From Priapulus caudatus (taxonomy: Eukaryota), in the NCBI RefSeq assembly GCF_000485595.1, contig NW_014577061.1, forward strand, positions 1,731,214-1,775,819: a DNA stretch of 44,606 nucleotides, written 5' to 3'. The number at the start of each line of letters is the position of its first letter. Position 1 is the stretch's first letter. A program made the position numbers and the translations under genes. Shown here piece by piece: positions 44,236 to 44,606 of this stretch. Under the pieces are notes generated by a model. That model was not told the origin of the DNA and did not search any database. It saw only the letters and a list, made by a program, of their open reading frames with translations.

Positions 44236-44385
44236 GAGACGGACGTCCATGGTTACATGATGTCGGTACTCGTGCCAGTGATAACGGGAATCAGCGGTGC
44301 TATCGTCATCATCGTCGTCATCTACGTGCTGCGTTACTGGCGACGACAACTCAACCACGTCCAACGAAAACGACCGCATCTAGGA
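44236..44385 (+). CDS. Exon encoding a single transmembrane helix plus basic juxtamembrane segment (unknown gene, continues beyond window)
   Basis: cgcag| ... GGA|GTGAGT, 150 nt, translating to ETDVHGYMMSVLVPVITGISGAIVIIVVIYVLRYWRRQLNHVQRKRPHLG. Confidence 0.65.
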
Positions 44386-44409
44386 GTGAGTATAACTATG
44401 TACGACGAA

Positions 44410-44510
44410 TGTACGTGCGTGCGTGCGTGCGTGCGTGTGTGCGAATGTACGTGCATGCATGCATGTGCGCGTGCGTGCGTGCGTGTGTGCGTGTGTCCGT
44501 GCATGCATGT

Positions 44511-44586
<76 letters not shown>

Positions 44587-44606
44587 TATATATATATATA
44601 TATATA
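44410..44606. repeat. (GCGT)n/(CA)n/(TA)n microsatellite
   Basis: Direct reading. Confidence 0.95.

Overview
Animal (non-insect protostome-like) genomic DNA, rich in microsatellites and non-autonomous DNA transposons. There are two confidently identified + strand genes. (1) hunchback/hbl-1 has an intronless 1162-aa CDS (16790-20278) with the ancestral nine-C2H2-finger layout, about 16 kb of CpG-rich non-coding DNA upstream, and a putative ~4.9 kb 3' UTR (first AATAAA found at 25197). (2) Crk (SH2-SH3-SH3 adaptor) was reconstructed by hand from 8 coding exons (31840-40128, 278 aa). Exon(s) of a third, small single-pass membrane protein gene appear at the right edge (43929-44385). The most interesting signal is post-transcriptional. 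The putative hunchback 3' UTR holds a near full-length let-7 complementary site, seed sites for miR-100 and miR-125/lin-4 (all three members of the let-7 cluster), Pumilio/NRE-like elements, and a tight miR-279/miR-8/miR-9 8-mer cluster. The window also contains Helentron-type HINEs, CAGGG-ended MITEs with 5-6 bp TSDs, telomere-repeat-bearing MULE-like MITEs, several nested insertions, and a MITE resembling mammalian Charlie4z. Nearly all other ORFs in the track are microsatellite or antisense artefacts. All motif and miRNA matches were found by eye, using reference sequences recalled from memory.
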